Position numbers and translations under genes: made by a program
Part shown: positions 60,899 through 64,000 of the stretch, piece after piece
Numbering within the stretch: position 1 is the first letter of the stretch
Layout: each line of letters opens with the position of its first letter
Assembly (NCBI RefSeq): GCF_000143415.4
Contig: NW_003314276.1
Span: forward strand, 583,630 to 647,629
Source: Selaginella moellendorffii
Taxonomy: Eukaryota > Plantae > Lycopodiophyta
DNA: 64,000 bases
Direction: 5' to 3'
The notes under the pieces: generated by a model
The model's database searches: none
What the model was told of the DNA's origin: nothing
What the model saw: only the letters and a program-made list of their open reading frames with translations

Positions 60899-61549
60899 GA
60901 TCTCGATGCTCGCTCTGATGGGCTTGGACAATTGTTGATACGCCTATCGATCGATCAGCTCCTCCTTGGCGAGTATGGTTGCAATGAATCAGATGATCGC
61001 TTCGTAAAAAACTTCTCCCCTTGTTGTTTCTCCCTTCGTGTAGATTGCTGGTGGAATGCTGAGATTGTGGCAGAGGATTTATAGCAGTATCGCTTTCGAA
61101 GTTTGCCACCGGGTCAAAAGCATATACGAAATTCTCGCGTTGATCTCTTCAATTTCTTCTCGAATGGGAAGCATAATAGTCAAAGTTCAAACCACCAGGG
61201 TCAGCCAAAGGAGCTATCGCGTCTTTGACCAGCAGACTTTCACTGAACTTTCACTCTTGACTCTCATCCCTTCAGTAAAGCAGTTGCGAGGTCGGGATCA
61301 CTGTTCTCCTCCTCACTTGGCGATCATAGGTGTAAATTGGAAGTCCCGACACCAGATACTTAATCATCTCCTTGACGAACAGCCTAGAGTCTTGATCAAG
61401 GAAAGGCTCCCAAGAGCAGCCCATCACACTCTAGGGCCACCACACTCTTGGAATCCTTGGCTGCTGCTAGTGATTATGGGTAGACAACAATGAGCCTGTA
61501 GAACAAAGTGAGGTGGCATATGTGGATGATGAGAAGGTGCATCGTTAAG

Positions 61550-63605
61550 CCAATTTTTATACTTCTTAATATTAATATTTAATTATATTAATTTTTATTT
61601 ATATTAATTTATTTTTTACATAAGCAAAAGTGAAATATATTAAGTTCTACAAAATAATTGTTATTCATTTAGATTAATCTTGTATCTAAACATATTTATA
61701 ATCTATAACTTTCCTAAACACTTTCTAGTATATTTTTGGTTTGCTTAAGGTGGTAGTGGATATACCTCGAATATACTTGGATATTCTAGATTATTTACTA
61801 TCTAACCATTACTCTTTTCTAACTCAATTACACTTTCAACCATTGTTTAACTGTAGGTACATGCATTCAATGGAGTATGTTGTGTCAGGAACAGCTGATG
61901 GAGTCATTTGCATCAATACTACAGCTCACACTGGACAATTGGGTTTAGTACAGCAGCAAAAGTAGTGGGAGGTATCAATGCGATTCAAGTTTCTCGTTTG
62001 ACATTCCTTTACAGGGTAATGTTCTTTGTATTTATAATTAAGAAACATGTTTATAATTTATAAACTTTCCTAAACATGTCTTAGTATATTCTAGTTTATT
62101 TTACCATTTAATGGTTAATATTCAATAAGATCAATCTTGTTTTTATAAATTATAAACATGTTTATAATTATAAACTTTCATTTGATTAATTAGAACTATT
62201 AAGTAAACCTGCAATGCACAGCAAATTAGTATTTATTTTACCATCTAATTTGATAAGATTAATTTTCAATTATAAATTGTAAAAATGTTTATAATTATTG
62301 ATCAAATGGATTATTCAATAATACTAAACAGGAATGAATTGTTTCAAGTTTCTTGTCTTTTTCAATGATCTCCACCTTGCTCCATTTTAGAATGAGGTAG
62401 AGGGCTATCTCTCTTTCCTTTACTTTGAAGCTCATGGTGAATAGCTTTCTTCTCTATAGCTAGAAAAAGTAATGAAGATCAAGTCATTAGTGTCTAAACC
62501 CAGACACTGTTATTAGTGTTTGTAAGTCTTCATTCAAAAGTGGGATTAGGATTGTGACTATGACTTTTATCATCATGGTCCTAAAGCTCATTCTGTGTGG
62601 GAGAGGACACACAAAATGTCATGGAAACAATACAGAATTTAGACAGTATTAAATGTCCAAACTTTTTGAAGGCTTTCCCTCTAGCTTGGGATGGAAAGGT
62701 GGTGATGGTATATATGGACTTTTGAGCACTATTTGTAGGCTGACATTGAGAAATAAGTTACAAGCATAACACACATTTCGTTTTTGCAATGCTCATCTTA
62801 GTTTGGTTTCGATTGATTGATCCCACCAATGAGTTTTTATTTTTTTTATTTATTTATTTCCTTTTCTTATCAGTTTCTGATGATAGAAACCGAAATGGCA
62901 TTCCAGACCTTGCAACAAAATCTTTTAGAACAAACTTTAAGGCTAGTACATGCAAGAGTAATTACAAGCAATAGAAGAGAAATCAGGTCTTCAAACCATT
63001 TGAATCATAGTCTTTCATTAGATTGAGCATTTAAGATTCTCCTGGATATAAGATTGTAAAGAAAAATGTGAAATAAACTGATCTTGACTGGAAATCTTTG
63101 TTTGAGTTTTAAAGCATAATAATCTATTGCTCAAACGACTATTTTAGATATGATAATGTTTTAATTATCCATGTTGGATTATTTTTATAAAAAATATATA
63201 AAAAACCATTTGAAAGAAAACCAAGATATGAGTTTTTGAACAAAATTTACAAAGAAACATATAAATATAACCTTTGTGATTTTTTTGGTTTGCTTAAGCA
63301 AACCTATAGAGGGACTGGGATGGTAATGGATAAATCTAGAATATGCTTGAATATTCTAGAATATTCTACCATCTAATGGTTGTTATTCATTTAGATTAAT
63401 TTTGTATTTATAATTTATAAACATGTTTATAATTTATAAACTTTCTTAAACCCTTTCTAGTATATTCATTTTATTCTATCATCTAATGGTTGATATGTAG
63501 ATTAATCTTTTGTTTATAAATTACAAACATGCTTATAATTATAAACTTATTTGATTAATTAGATTAATAAGTAAGAATAACACTACTATTAAGCAAACCA
63601 TACAA
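61550..63605. repeat. AT-rich repeat family with the GGTTTGCTTAAGCAAACC palindrome (also at 58085-58330)
   Basis: Recurrent ttattcatttagattaat and aaacatgtttataatttataaactttc blocks; perfect palindrome at 63288-63305. Confidence 0.65.
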
Positions 63606-64000
63606 TGTGTAGCAATTTATTTTAAGATTCAATTTCAAACTCATGTTATTGATGTGTTTATTTCAAGGGTTTATTACTAAGTTATTTTTGAATTAAGCTT
63701 TTATGAATGTTTTCTTCGTGTTTATAAAAGTGTTTATATTGCGCATTTTGATTACACGAGAAGAACTTAGATGCTTACTAGCAGCAGCTAGCAGCTCATA
63801 CAATACCTTGCCTAATGCATTGTAATCCAAAAAATGAAAATACCTCTAATGACTGTTGTAAATTCCAATCTAAGTTGTGTTTTCTTACAAAATCCCACCA
63901 GTGTTTCCGTTTGACACCTTTGTGTGAGCCCATTTGCCACAGCACCATGCTGCGTGCGTGTCCTTTTCGACCAGTTCTCCTCCCAGCTTTCAGGTAAAGT

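Overview
Gene-dense plant nuclear DNA with 50-70 bp introns and intronless PLS-type PPR genes. This pattern suggests a lycophyte such as Selaginella (inference). From 1 to about 46.7 kb there are roughly 28 tightly packed genes: KCS, folate-biopterin transporter, organellar uL13, class III peroxidase, a vasohibin-like tubulin carboxypeptidase, two head-to-head trypsin-fold paralogs, a CCCH protein, pyridoxal kinase, an orphan with a PTS1 signal, a 2-ODD, two PPRs, an OEP40-like protein, PLA1, a RING E3, BPS1-like, a 99-aa PGPGSY (STPG/SHIPPO-like) microprotein, PsbP-like, DUF604, an inositol 5-phosphatase, EER5/THP1, a methyltransferase, GT47, ASHR2 and SLC25A44. From 46.7 to 64 kb the sequence is a rearranged, AT-rich zone. 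It holds shattered BRF1 pseudogene pieces, a small Copia element split by an inversion, and two further intact PLA1 copies. The main observations are (1) a spliced vasohibin with an intact Cys-His-Ser triad plus an STPG-motif microprotein, which are candidate sperm-flagellum genes, and (2) a recurrent 'stop codon - telo box - ATG' junction of only 26-51 bp between co-oriented genes, implying overlapping or possibly polycistronic transcription units. Exon boundaries were read by eye, and family assignments rest on remembered motifs; no searches were run.
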